Source: a virus
Lineage: Duplodnaviria; Caudoviricetes
IMG/VR virus record: IMGVR_UViG_3300020409_000071
Location: 1 to 25,355 of that record
Strand: one strand, 5' to 3'
Length of the DNA: 25,355 bases
Shown here: piece by piece, positions 9,301 through 18,575 of the stretch
How the letters are laid out: every line of letters begins with the position of its first letter
Numbering within the stretch: the stretch's first letter is position 1
Notes under the pieces: generated by a model
Databases searched by the model: none
What the model was told of the DNA's origin: nothing
Seen by the model: only the letters and a program-made list of their open reading frames with translations
Position numbers and translations under genes: made by a program

Positions 9301-11150
9301 TTATCCCATACATCACCTTTTGACGCTCCAATTTTCATAGCAAATTTTATTATGCTTTGAATCTCAGCTGCTTTTGGGTCTGCTTTTTCTAAGTTAAGTT
9401 GTTCAGCAGGGTTCCAATAAATACGCACTTGATGTAAGCGTTTACCTTTACCAGCCTTATAACCACCTTCATGAGTAAATCCACCAAATCCTAATTCTTT
9501 AAATCTTTCTTTAAATGGATTAATAAACCATTCATTTATACCATACCAATCAACACCATCATCATAATAATTATCATCTTTTATGACATAACGTAATTCG
9601 TCAAAAAATTCAGCAAGAGTTGCATCATCATCAACATTTTCAAAGGCTTCTCTTACAGCAGCATGAAAAGCATCTTGTTCTGTATATTTTTGACCAAGAT
9701 ATTCTTTCTCTTCAAAAGCATCGTCAGCATACTTTTTAATAAAAGCTATTGCCTCAGAATCCATAGGTTTATCTAAGTCTATAAATTTTACTTCAGTTTT
9801 ATCTATACCTCTGTAAACTATAGGTTTAGTTTTTTCACCTCTAGCTTTAGCTGCTTTTAGACCTTTCTTAGTGTACTTTTTAGCTGTAACAAAATCTTCT
9901 GTAGTGTATAAACCATCACCATAAATTCCAGGAGTTACCCCTTCTTCTAAAGCATTATAGTCTTTATCTAAGGTAAATTGTTGACGTGTACCATGATAAT
10001 ATGTACCATCACCACGAGTATCTATTGCAGCTTGATTAATTTTTTTACCTACAAATATTTGTTGTAGTGCTGTGTAATCATCTTCGTCTAGGTGTGTTTT
10101 TAGGTATTCATCAAAGTAATCTCTGTTGTCACGTATACCGTTACCTTGAACAAACTCTTGTTCAGCTCTTTCTGTATTAGCTAGGGCATCTTCCTTAACA
10201 CCTTTTTTAACAGTTTTTTCTAGTTCTTTAGTACCAGCTATATTAGCCTCCTCTACAGTTTTACCAGATTTTTTAGCTTTTTTAGCTGCTTTCATACCTC
10301 TTACAAGACCTATCAAGTAGTGTCCTGTAATATTCATACCAGCTCCTGCAGCAACTGTCTTAATCCTAGCTAACCAAGGGTTATCATCTTCTTGAACAGA
10401 CAAGGCTTCGCTAAGTGGTAAAAAAGGAGCATGTTCATTGACAAGGTTTGCTATGTTACCCATCTCAGAACTTTGTGTAATTAAATCAGCAACACCACCC
10501 TCAGATGCAATTTTACCAAATTTACCTATAGCTTTACCTTTACCAGTAGATAAAAATTTTACAATTTTACCACTAGGTTTTGCTAATCCTAGAGCTTTAC
10601 CAAATCTACCACCGTAAGTACCTAGTTTAGCAGCTTTAGCTCCTGTACCTAATGCACTACCAGCTCCAGCTGTAGCCCAAGAAAGTAGACCAAACTCTAC
10701 TAAACCTCTTGTAAGTCTACCTAGACCAGATCTATTTTGTGGTGTAAGATGGTCAGGTATAATATCTGTTTTACTAGAATAGTCTTTATGAAATATATTA
10801 GTAGAAGGATCTTGTAAATCTTGTGATCCATATAAAGTAGATATACCAGTTTGTATTGTATCACCACTTAATTTAAGAATACTACCAACACTTTCTATAG
10901 CATCTATACCACCACCTACTACAGCAGAAGCTACTTCTCCTACAGCTTGTATTGGATTGTTTGCTATAAAACCTTGTTCTTTACTTTCGTCTTGCCCTTG
11001 TTCTTTAAGTAATTCAGCTTGTTCTTCTTCTGTTGTTACTATTTGTCTTGCCTGTTCTGCAGCTGCTTCCCAGTTAGTCTGATCGTGTACTAAATCACTA
11101 TGACTTTGTAGTATTGATTCGTCTGAGTTTTGTATTAAGTTGTCACTCAT
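6396..11150 (-). CDS. gp16: Internal virion / ejection protein D (gp16-like) with an internal ADP-ribosyltransferase-like domain
   Basis: 1584 aa, last of the internal-virion genes before the fibre (T7 synteny). Residues ~380-585 carry the motifs YYHGT...GIYGDGLYTT...AKKY...GFGGFTHEGG...HQVRIYWNP. Confidence 0.8.
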   Translation of the reverse strand: MSDNLIQNSDESILQSHSDLVHDQTNWEAAAEQARQIVTTEEEQAELLKEQGQDESKEQGFIANNPIQAVGEVASAVVGGGIDAIESVGSILKLSGDTIQTGISTLYGSQDLQDPSTNIFHKDYSSKTDIIPDHLTPQNRSGLGRLTRGLVEFGLLSWATAGAGSALGTGAKAAKLGTYGGRFGKALGLAKPSGKIVKFLSTGKGKAIGKFGKIASEGGVADLITQSSEMGNIANLVNEHAPFLPLSEALSVQEDDNPWLARIKTVAAGAGMNITGHYLIGLVRGMKAAKKAKKSGKTVEEANIAGTKELEKTVKKGVKEDALANTERAEQEFVQGNGIRDNRDYFDEYLKTHLDEDDYTALQQIFVGKKINQAAIDTRGDGTYYHGTRQQFTLDKDYNALEEGVTPGIYGDGLYTTEDFVTAKKYTKKGLKAAKARGEKTKPIVYRGIDKTEVKFIDLDKPMDSEAIAFIKKYADDAFEEKEYLGQKYTEQDAFHAAVREAFENVDDDATLAEFFDELRYVIKDDNYYDDGVDWYGINEWFINPFKERFKELGFGGFTHEGGYKAGKGKRLHQVRIYWNPAEQLNLEKADPKAAEIQSIIKFAMKIGASKGDVWDNTLGKSSRQDMVDRFRKADPTNNPEKFDDSARATTSMEIEGKNPVVKNLNESAIQNKIGNRPVSSTNLLTETALREMSMGDKNIRQYILEIAENISEKAFQDIDTAMPYAEVKASIIRQMQEIYGMLSADDGVNQIRNLFGTEGSDNFIQWVHDGNKIVTGTGQQKAALGLVIQTLAKQLSDISSGTIQLPKRINKKRQIQMILDRMEIAMIEHKKIGWMTGNELAVQKGVFETSGGFKKRVTKNLKRIESQQKQYRKNLEELANDTNNPDKLNDLIELYAASDGNINTLEHINDYLRFRFGSVLGGTIDGNRISPRLYTELTSTYYNSILSSLKTPIRAIVGTNFITLLRPFTAYIGARIAGDKQTAAIAAAGIDAIGKAYTEGLDMFMYNFKNGMNRKNQSYVGRFDQAKDIAELHRQKRLVEKYGTDNQKRAYGVLTTIADFNTNPFVRFSQNAMGAGDAMARTVIGRLEMRMRAAREGIEQGVDIKNLTEYAAKKEVDFRNMIFKEKDGKFIISDEAAQMAGNEATLTTALPDSLRIFESLNKIPGGLFFFPFVRTGYNALRLSWAHTPLEMATKRFADIMSEKPNWDVLAEYGITKGTLKQEQALIKGRIAIGTTFIGAAAAAAYAGNLYGDLPFDKETRDLWRLQGIQPYSFKARVGNRDVYISYRDVEPFNTLLAATANFANYQHVLGTDWRDEWGEKLVWMATAVFVDKSMLAGVEDLAVLLNADSAGGQVSNIFTRGLRTMAPGYGILGQLGDIVDANEKEANTFLETLRKRDFIFKSTIPPKYDILAKDRSGVPYKAPVGSPFWRIFNSFSPIAITAPDGDFVKEGLMEMSFNLPEIMDTYKGVKLTSREKSELSKYMSMGDLRERLENIMREGGTWRRELDLYKSRGLRQTEFKLYEQRFYRLIAEEFRRAKKIAWLELRRNNPDLDLKFRERTDQRLIGKQGNYDAIENLIYKFPK

Positions 11151-14100
11151 CGTTCTTTAGCTCCTTTCTAAGAAAATTGTAAAATCTTTGTTTCATTTCT
11201 TTTTCAGCAACAACTGCTCTGTCATCAAAAGGATTTAACACAGAAAGAAAACCTAATTCATCTATAGTTTTACTGAAAGCATAGTTATCTTGTTTTTGAA
11301 ACTTCGCTATTAGTGCATTGTAAGGGTCATCAAGAGAGTTAGCAACCTTACCTTCATTAAAATGTCCAGCTCTAACCATTAATTTGATAGTAGCTAAATC
11401 CTCAAAACTTGGTTTCCAGTTTGTACCATCCCAACTCTTATGGTCGTCAGATAAAACTTCTTTACCTGCAATTTTGTTTTCAATTAAAGTTTTATGTTTT
11501 TCCCACTTAACATGCTCTGGATTTTTGCCTTCTATTATTTGACCGCTAAAATTCATTTTAACATATTTTTCTGGCTCTAAACTATTAAGAGTTTTTAGAT
11601 CAGTGTTTAACTGTTCTAAATTACCTGTACCAGACTCCTTAATAAACTTAACTAATGATGAACCTTGTTGTTCTACAGCAGCTATACTCATTGCTGGGAA
11701 ACCATCAGAAAGATTAGATGTATCTCCAGAATAGTAACTATTAAGTATACTAAACGAGAAATCTTTATCATCCATAATCTTATCAGTCAAACTGTTGTTA
11801 GTCATCATACTTTTGTACTGACTCATGTTTTCTTTACCGTTTTTAAAGGAGTATGCTACTTTTAATATAGCCTCATTTTTATTATCGGTAGTTCCTACAG
11901 CAGTTTGTATTAAGTCATTAATGTATTCACCACGTATTTTTTCTTTTAGCTGTACATCACTATTATAATCTTCCATAGAAATGCCTTTGTCATTTAGTAT
12001 TGCAACTAAATCATTTTCATTAATAGGTACATTATACAATGAATTAGCAATATAAGCTGTAGAAATAGCACCCATTTCATCTATAGCACTTTCTACTTCA
12101 CTTGTACTGTCAGAGTTTAAGGCTGCACGTAGATGTGGAAATTTCTCCTCTAACTCTTTAGCTATAGTTTGTGAGGCTTCATCAAGATCTTCTAACTTAA
12201 TTAAATCGTCTTTTGTACCTCCAGCAGCTAGTATTTGAGCATTTACTATTTCGTATTTAGGTCTAGCAAAAGTGTCAAGTTTTTGTAGTTGTGTAACTCC
12301 AGAACCAAACCCTATAATTTTACCTTTGTCATTTTTAATAGGTTCTAATCCTTGTAGACTAAGTAAATTTTTTTCACTAATTGCATCACCATTACTGTAA
12401 GTTATTTCATTAACTAATTTATCTCTAGCTACAATACTATCATTTAATAATAACTGTGCATCTACAATTCTATCTGGGTTTGTATTTTTAAAACCCTCTG
12501 TAGTATCAAAGTAATAAGTAGAATCTTTATTATTTCTATTATCCTTCATTTCTTGAACCATAAACTTAGCAGCTGCATCTAATGCTTGAGCTTTAGTTGT
12601 ATACTTTTCAGTAGCCCAAAATTGTTTAGCTATTACTGTTAACTCAGATTCAGCATATGCTATTGCATCCTCAACACTATTTGTAACAAAGTCAGTGTTA
12701 GTTTTATTAGCTCCAGCTATATCTTTTAGTTCTTTTGAGATACGGTCATTAGCATCAGATAGTGCCTCTTTGTAACCTTCTTCATCAAAACCCCAAGCAC
12801 CTTCAACAAGTATACCGTCTTTTTTAACCAAGGCTTTAATAGTAGGATGAAGTCTGTTATACTCGTCTCTAGTAATTTCTCCTTTTACAACTTTAATTTG
12901 GTTGTAATATTTTAATGATGCTTTTTCTGTTAACTGTATAGGATCCCATTCTCGTGCTGTTTCAATCAATGTATCGTAATTATCTAAACTTTGAAGATCA
13001 GGATTTGCAGCAAGAAAGTCATCAAGTCCATCTTTGTAATCTTCTAGTGAAAAATCTACATTAGGTGTAGCTGGGTTGTTATCATGATCTACACCATTAC
13101 GGTATTGATTCTTTAAAGCATTTACACCATCATTAAATCTACGTTTACCTATTGTTTGAAAAGCTTGTGCTTTTTGAGCATCTTGTTGTTCTGCATCAGC
13201 TATAATTTTATCAATATCAAAATCATTTAGAAAATGCTCTTCTAGTAACTTTTCACCTTGTCCTGGCAGATTAAATTTCTTTTGCTCTAAATACTGTTTA
13301 ATTTCAACTCTAGTATCAGCATCAGCATTTGTTATCCATGTAGTTAAATCTTTAATTACCTGTTCTCTGTTAGCAAGATTACTACCAGCAGAACCTCTAA
13401 ATTCATGACTAAGTGGCCCTAGATTTAACATTTCTTGTATTATATCTCCAGCATCTTTTACTTGAGCATTTACTACATTTTCTTTTTTTGAGTAATCTAG
13501 AGTTTCATCAAAATCAAAACCTGTAGATGTAGAAAATAATCTAGTTCTTCTATCTAAAATCTCATTGTCACCAATTATTCTCTTATCTCTTTGATACTCT
13601 TCTTCTCTATAGTCATCTGTTGTTTGTGTAACACTTTTAGTTAGGTAACGATAGACTATACTTGGAGAGGCGTTGAAAGGGTTGTTATCTTCAATATATT
13701 TATTTTCAATATAATTTTCAATATAACCTTTAATTTTAGGATCAGTTAGTGTGTTATAATCTTTTATCATAACTTCTCCACCACCTAGTTCTTCTGGTAG
13801 TGGTATTACTTCTTCACTAGATTTTAACTCTGCTTCTAAGTAAGGTTTGTAACCTAATGCAGCTTCATTAAAATGACCTTTCATGTAACCGTAAGCTACA
13901 TTAGAACCAAGTTTTCTTATATTTAACGCTTGATATTTTTGTGTTAAATTTAATCTAGCTTCATCTTCTAAAAATACTTTACTTGCTTCGATAGCTTTAC
14001 GTTTTTGCTCTTCAATTTTTTTCTCAATTTCATCTAGCTGTTCTTCTTGTAAAGCTACTTTAGCAATAGCTTCTTCGTCACCTGCTTTGACTTTACGAGC

Positions 14101-14412
14101 TAATTCTATACCTTCTTCACGTTTAGCATCAATGTATGCTTTACCTAAATTTTCTGCTGATGTTTTCATCAAGTCATTTAGATAATTACTAAATTGACCT
14201 AACTGTTTTATTTGAAACTGATCGTTTGCTGAAAGGACTGTATCTTGTCTTTGTAACTCAGTAAGTTGTCCAGCAGCTTGCCGTTGGAAGTTGTTAACAT
14301 CTTGAGCTCTTCTTGAATCTAGTTGTTTTGCTTTTCTGGCAATGTCCGTAGACACATCAACTACCGCTCTATTTTTGAAGTTAACAGCTTTTGTACTGGG
14401 TGTGTATGCCAT
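11143..14412 (-). CDS. gp15: Internal virion / ejection protein C (gp15-like)
   Basis: 1089 aa, largely helical and acidic, positioned between gp14 and gp16. Confidence 0.72.
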   Translation of the reverse strand: MAYTPSTKAVNFKNRAVVDVSTDIARKAKQLDSRRAQDVNNFQRQAAGQLTELQRQDTVLSANDQFQIKQLGQFSNYLNDLMKTSAENLGKAYIDAKREEGIELARKVKAGDEEAIAKVALQEEQLDEIEKKIEEQKRKAIEASKVFLEDEARLNLTQKYQALNIRKLGSNVAYGYMKGHFNEAALGYKPYLEAELKSSEEVIPLPEELGGGEVMIKDYNTLTDPKIKGYIENYIENKYIEDNNPFNASPSIVYRYLTKSVTQTTDDYREEEYQRDKRIIGDNEILDRRTRLFSTSTGFDFDETLDYSKKENVVNAQVKDAGDIIQEMLNLGPLSHEFRGSAGSNLANREQVIKDLTTWITNADADTRVEIKQYLEQKKFNLPGQGEKLLEEHFLNDFDIDKIIADAEQQDAQKAQAFQTIGKRRFNDGVNALKNQYRNGVDHDNNPATPNVDFSLEDYKDGLDDFLAANPDLQSLDNYDTLIETAREWDPIQLTEKASLKYYNQIKVVKGEITRDEYNRLHPTIKALVKKDGILVEGAWGFDEEGYKEALSDANDRISKELKDIAGANKTNTDFVTNSVEDAIAYAESELTVIAKQFWATEKYTTKAQALDAAAKFMVQEMKDNRNNKDSTYYFDTTEGFKNTNPDRIVDAQLLLNDSIVARDKLVNEITYSNGDAISEKNLLSLQGLEPIKNDKGKIIGFGSGVTQLQKLDTFARPKYEIVNAQILAAGGTKDDLIKLEDLDEASQTIAKELEEKFPHLRAALNSDSTSEVESAIDEMGAISTAYIANSLYNVPINENDLVAILNDKGISMEDYNSDVQLKEKIRGEYINDLIQTAVGTTDNKNEAILKVAYSFKNGKENMSQYKSMMTNNSLTDKIMDDKDFSFSILNSYYSGDTSNLSDGFPAMSIAAVEQQGSSLVKFIKESGTGNLEQLNTDLKTLNSLEPEKYVKMNFSGQIIEGKNPEHVKWEKHKTLIENKIAGKEVLSDDHKSWDGTNWKPSFEDLATIKLMVRAGHFNEGKVANSLDDPYNALIAKFQKQDNYAFSKTIDELGFLSVLNPFDDRAVVAEKEMKQRFYNFLRKELKNDE

Positions 14413-14414
14413 TA

Positions 14415-15146
14415 TTAATCAAAGAATTGTTGGAAGTATCCTTCACCACCTAATGTCCCAGCTGTACCTATTGCAGTACTTATACCGCCAAGTATTGGCC
14501 CAAGTGGGGATGGTTTAGGAGGAGGATTTTGTTTAATTGGTTCTATTGTTTTAAAGGATGCGGATGGGGCAACTGATGCAGTCGTTGTTATAGCATTAAA
14601 TGAAGATACATTTGAAGAGTACTGATCTAAGTCTATACCAAATTGTTTTATACCGTATGCTCTAGTAGCATCATATACTGTAGCATCCAGTTGTGCTTGT
14701 TCAAACCCAAACTCTCTTTCGGCTTGATCTAATGTTAGCATCATGGATTGTCCAGATTGTTGTCCACTGGCTAATATTGTTCCTTGAGCTTGTACCGCTT
14801 TTGCTAAATTAGTTTGACTTTCAAACATAGTCTTGTTTACTTTTTCACGTAACTCTGCTTGAGCAGCCTCAGAAGCTCTGTTAGCTTCTATTTGGTTAAT
14901 GTTTTTCTTATTATAGTATGCCGATCTAGCTGCTGCGTCAGCTTGTAACTGTGCGGTAAATACTTCACCTTTGCGTTGGTCGTTGAAGGCTGATATTGTT
15001 ATATCATTTATGTACTTTTGTCTCGCCATTGCATTAGAACGGTTGACAGCATCGACTCTTGCTCGATGTGCTCTGTTCTGTTCAGCAATACCAGTTACAG
15101 CTTGTGCACCACCTACAACTAGACCTATCGCTAAGGGATTGCACAT
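14415..15146 (-). CDS. gp14: Internal virion / ejection protein B (gp14-like)
   Basis: 243 aa with an MCNP start, hydrophobic Gly/Ala N- and C-terminal segments and an Ala/Gln-rich helical middle. Synteny fits. Confidence 0.78.
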   Translation of the reverse strand: MCNPLAIGLVVGGAQAVTGIAEQNRAHRARVDAVNRSNAMARQKYINDITISAFNDQRKGEVFTAQLQADAAARSAYYNKKNINQIEANRASEAAQAELREKVNKTMFESQTNLAKAVQAQGTILASGQQSGQSMMLTLDQAEREFGFEQAQLDATVYDATRAYGIKQFGIDLDQYSSNVSSFNAITTTASVAPSASFKTIEPIKQNPPPKPSPLGPILGGISTAIGTAGTLGGEGYFQQFFD

Positions 15147-15577
15147 GGTTTAATAAATTGTATTAAGGGGACTCCATTGTAAACATGATATTCGATAAAG
15201 GTAAATCCTAAAAGTTTTAGTAGTTTTATGTGTGATTCATTCCGCATATCTGCTTGATTGAATAGATAAGGATTGAGTAAACTGTTTACCCAGCGTTTAG
15301 CTTCCCTCACAAATGTATGTGGATATTCTGTACTAGCATCAGTACATAGCATCCATATTACATTCTGTGGAGTCACTCCTGCCACTCCAGCAGCCTTGCC
15401 GTTGGGAACCTTAAAATATACAGAATATGCTGAATTATAAAAAGATTCAATTATAGAAGCCTCTGCACATAAACCAGAAGTCTCCTCTGTCTCACGTCTA
15501 TCTTCATAGCGTAAGTTCAGACCTACACTTAGAGCTAACTCTGGTGTGCAAGTCTGAATATACTTACCTTCGTACAT
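15131..15577 (-). CDS. gp13: gp13-like internal virion protein A / GNAT-fold acetyltransferase-like protein
   Basis: Between gp12 and gp14. Motifs LRYEDRRE, AGVAGV...IWMLCT, N...IKLLKLLGFTF are typical of this GNAT-like family. Start at ATG 15577 (MYEGK) preferred over 15601 because the overlap with gp12 is shorter. Confidence 0.72.
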   Translation of the reverse strand: MYEGKYIQTCTPELALSVGLNLRYEDRRETEETSGLCAEASIIESFYNSAYSVYFKVPNGKAAGVAGVTPQNVIWMLCTDASTEYPHTFVREAKRWVNSLLNPYLFNQADMRNESHIKLLKLLGFTFIEYHVYNGVPLIQFIKPCAIP

Positions 15578-18575
15578 GTCGTCTGTTATGGTAAATGCCA
15601 TCCCAGCTTCCTGAGATTATGGCAGTAGAAAAAGGGTCGGGTATTTGTATTTGTAGTGTATATTTCTCGTTCTTACGTTGTATTGGTACTCGTACACTGC
15701 GAGCTAACTCTGCAGGAGGCTCATCAAATACAGAAGAATTAGATAATATACCAGACTCAAATTGTACATAATCGTCTATATCTTTAGTAACATTGCCATT
15801 AGCATCTACATATGAGTATGGTGATGTAAGATGAAACTCTATAGGGCCACCTACACCTAACTCAAAATTGATGCCATTTATACGTAGATCTCCGTCCACA
15901 TCATAGACGTTTTGACCTACGTTTAAGTAGTATGTTGGTAATTCAATAGTACTTGTGTACTTATATCCTACAGCAACTTTGGCTGCACTATGTAAGTTAA
16001 TATTATTAAATGTTACACTGTTAGTACCTACAGCATCAGCTGGTCTTACAACCCCAGCTATAGAGTTACCATCGCTATCGTTACCAGATAAACCAACCAT
16101 AACTAAATTTGTAGTGTTAGCAGGTGTATATGGTATTGTAAGTACAGTTTTTTCTGGAGCTGTAGTTGTTTGAGCTGACCCAGCTACGTTTGTAGCTATT
16201 GTCATATTATCTAAATGTGCCTCAAACTGTCTTGCAGTTTTAAGAGGAGAACCTATATCACTAGCAGAACCACCTAATACATATGCTCTATTAGTGTTTG
16301 AATCTGTAACATACTCATATCTACATAGTTTATATGTATTATCATGTAGTGTAACTGCAAAGAAACTACCACCTGTATACAATGTATGTTGTGCTGTGCC
16401 TGTTAATGTCCAGCTATACCACGCTGATTGCTCACGTTTGTTACCTGTATTGTAGTATTTATAATGATATACAACACTATCTCCTTTTTTACTATAGCTG
16501 ACAATACCTATAGCTGTAGAATTAGCAGATTTAGTTATATCTTTAGGTAAAAATTCTGGTACAACTCTTGTCTGTTCTATAATCTGAGGCGGTGTATCAT
16601 CATCTATTATCGTAGCTTCAAATGCTCTAGCATACGCTGCTACGTTTGATGTAAATAGTATTGATGTACCTAGATCCACAGGCTGTATAGAGGAGTCACA
16701 CTCATAACTAGCTAACTTCTTTAATCTAGCAGTTTTAGGACTAAATATATCTGACTCTGTAAATAATAAGAATTGACCATTATCACTAAACATCATCAAA
16801 CCTTTTTGTATTGGTAAGACGTGGTTAATAAATGCTGGTTTTACATCAGATACTGTAATATCTATAGGGTTATCATCACTGAAAGATATAGCAGATACAA
16901 TAAAAAAGTTAAAATAACTTCCTGGCTGACTTAGTATTATATTTTCTCCAGAAACAAAACCTAATCTATTTCTGTGAAAAAACATTTGCTGTATTTTATG
17001 ACCAGTAAATGTAGGAAAAGGATTAGATACGTCATCACCTACATCTCTATCTTTCCAATAGTTATCATTGTTAGCAGCGTTTGCAGTAGCCTCATCTAGC
17101 TTGGCAAAAGTAAATGTACCATTACGGTTGTTTATCAAAGCATGTGGCATTGTTGCAGGATTAAAACCTTTCAACATTGGGTCACTTCCAGAGCCATCAA
17201 AGTTGTGAGGTCGTACAGTTTCTTCATAACTACCTGCCCCAGAAACACCATTATTAGCTTCAAACTCTACATAGTAATCATCAGTATCTAAATCAGCTGC
17301 GTTAGATACTTGAGCTACATAACCATGCTTATTCATAGCTGGTAGTCTAGTAATATCTTGTGCTCTTTGACCAATGACACTCATGTTTTCATTAACAGCT
17401 CCACCAAGAAAGTTAACACCATCTGCAGCTGAACCGTGCATGTATAAACCACTACCAATAACCTCAGCTGTTACGTTTGATAAATTACTATTAACAGAAT
17501 TTTTTAAACCATTAAGAATAGTAGCCATAGATATAGCACCGTTCTCTTGGTTTTTAGGTGTTTTGTGGTAGCCTATACCAGATACGTCTTGATATGTTGT
17601 GACTGGTTCAACAGCTTCAACGGATACACGATAGACAATGCCTTCTATAGTAACGTCTACAAATAAACCTTCAGCTGTAGATTGGTTGGTGGTCTTAATT
17701 AAACCGCCATCTCGTAATGTTACTGTAGCTGTGTAACGTATATCATAGTCTTGAGTATACCCTAAAAAGTCAGAACTCGCTGTACTGTTTCCATTAAAGT
17801 TTGCTACGTTATTAGCAATATAGCTGTTACCGTTTACTTGTAAACTGCCTTCAATATTTTCTGTGATATTTGTACCACCTACCTCAGCACCGCTTGTATC
17901 TACTGCACTACCCCCAGAAAATGACCAAGTTAGTGTACCAGACTTTTGCTGATTTTCATTTGTGTCATTCCATGTTGGGCCTTCTGCAGTGCCACCATTC
18001 ATCCTGTCTACCTTTACAGAAGTAACCCTGTAAAATGTATTGGGTGTGGGAGCTGTACCAGTATATAAAATATATTCAGTATTGTAAGCAACAGTATCCA
18101 GCCTAGCAAATGAGTAATCTCCATTGTTAATTGGTGCGGATGTAGTTGCAGTAGATTTCTCTACAACTTTGTTTGGGTTAGCTATTATAGTATAGTCTTG
18201 AATTGTGGTAACTGCATAGGGTGATGTAGCTCCAGCTAAATAACTAAATAAAGAATCTCCGCTAGAATTTGTCAGAGATTTTTCAGTACCATCTGCTAGA
18301 TCCCATACTCGTATAGGCATACTACCACTGTTAGATGGAGTGATTTGTACAATGTACTTTTCATCACCATCTCTAATTATGTCATACCAATGTCCACTTG
18401 TATTAGCATTGGTAAGTGTTCCTACAAACTCTGCAGGAGGGCGTTTCTTCAACCCAAATGTAACGTCTGGGACAGCGTTATCACATACTCTTAACTGTCC
18501 TGGAAATTTAATTTTATCTGGCTGTTGAGATACACCTCCTAGAAAGTTAGGAATACGTTGGTTGATTGCTGCCAT
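15564..18575 (-). CDS. gp12: Tail tubular protein B (nozzle)
   Basis: 1003 aa. N-terminal INQRIPNFLGGVSQQPD...GLKKRPP, TMPHALI, WKDRDVGDDVSNPFPTF, FFHRNRLGF and DDNPIDI are hallmark T7 gp12 motifs. Confidence 0.95.
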   Translation of the reverse strand: MAAINQRIPNFLGGVSQQPDKIKFPGQLRVCDNAVPDVTFGLKKRPPAEFVGTLTNANTSGHWYDIIRDGDEKYIVQITPSNSGSMPIRVWDLADGTEKSLTNSSGDSLFSYLAGATSPYAVTTIQDYTIIANPNKVVEKSTATTSAPINNGDYSFARLDTVAYNTEYILYTGTAPTPNTFYRVTSVKVDRMNGGTAEGPTWNDTNENQQKSGTLTWSFSGGSAVDTSGAEVGGTNITENIEGSLQVNGNSYIANNVANFNGNSTASSDFLGYTQDYDIRYTATVTLRDGGLIKTTNQSTAEGLFVDVTIEGIVYRVSVEAVEPVTTYQDVSGIGYHKTPKNQENGAISMATILNGLKNSVNSNLSNVTAEVIGSGLYMHGSAADGVNFLGGAVNENMSVIGQRAQDITRLPAMNKHGYVAQVSNAADLDTDDYYVEFEANNGVSGAGSYEETVRPHNFDGSGSDPMLKGFNPATMPHALINNRNGTFTFAKLDEATANAANNDNYWKDRDVGDDVSNPFPTFTGHKIQQMFFHRNRLGFVSGENIILSQPGSYFNFFIVSAISFSDDNPIDITVSDVKPAFINHVLPIQKGLMMFSDNGQFLLFTESDIFSPKTARLKKLASYECDSSIQPVDLGTSILFTSNVAAYARAFEATIIDDDTPPQIIEQTRVVPEFLPKDITKSANSTAIGIVSYSKKGDSVVYHYKYYNTGNKREQSAWYSWTLTGTAQHTLYTGGSFFAVTLHDNTYKLCRYEYVTDSNTNRAYVLGGSASDIGSPLKTARQFEAHLDNMTIATNVAGSAQTTTAPEKTVLTIPYTPANTTNLVMVGLSGNDSDGNSIAGVVRPADAVGTNSVTFNNINLHSAAKVAVGYKYTSTIELPTYYLNVGQNVYDVDGDLRINGINFELGVGGPIEFHLTSPYSYVDANGNVTKDIDDYVQFESGILSNSSVFDEPPAELARSVRVPIQRKNEKYTLQIQIPDPFSTAIISGSWDGIYHNRRHVRR

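Noticed and set aside
15564-15578. 15-nt exact repeat TTACCTTCGTACATG, also at 25336-25350 (both encode MYEGK)
   Set aside because: A single 15-mer match in 25 kb is within chance expectation. I found no further copies suggesting a promoter consensus.
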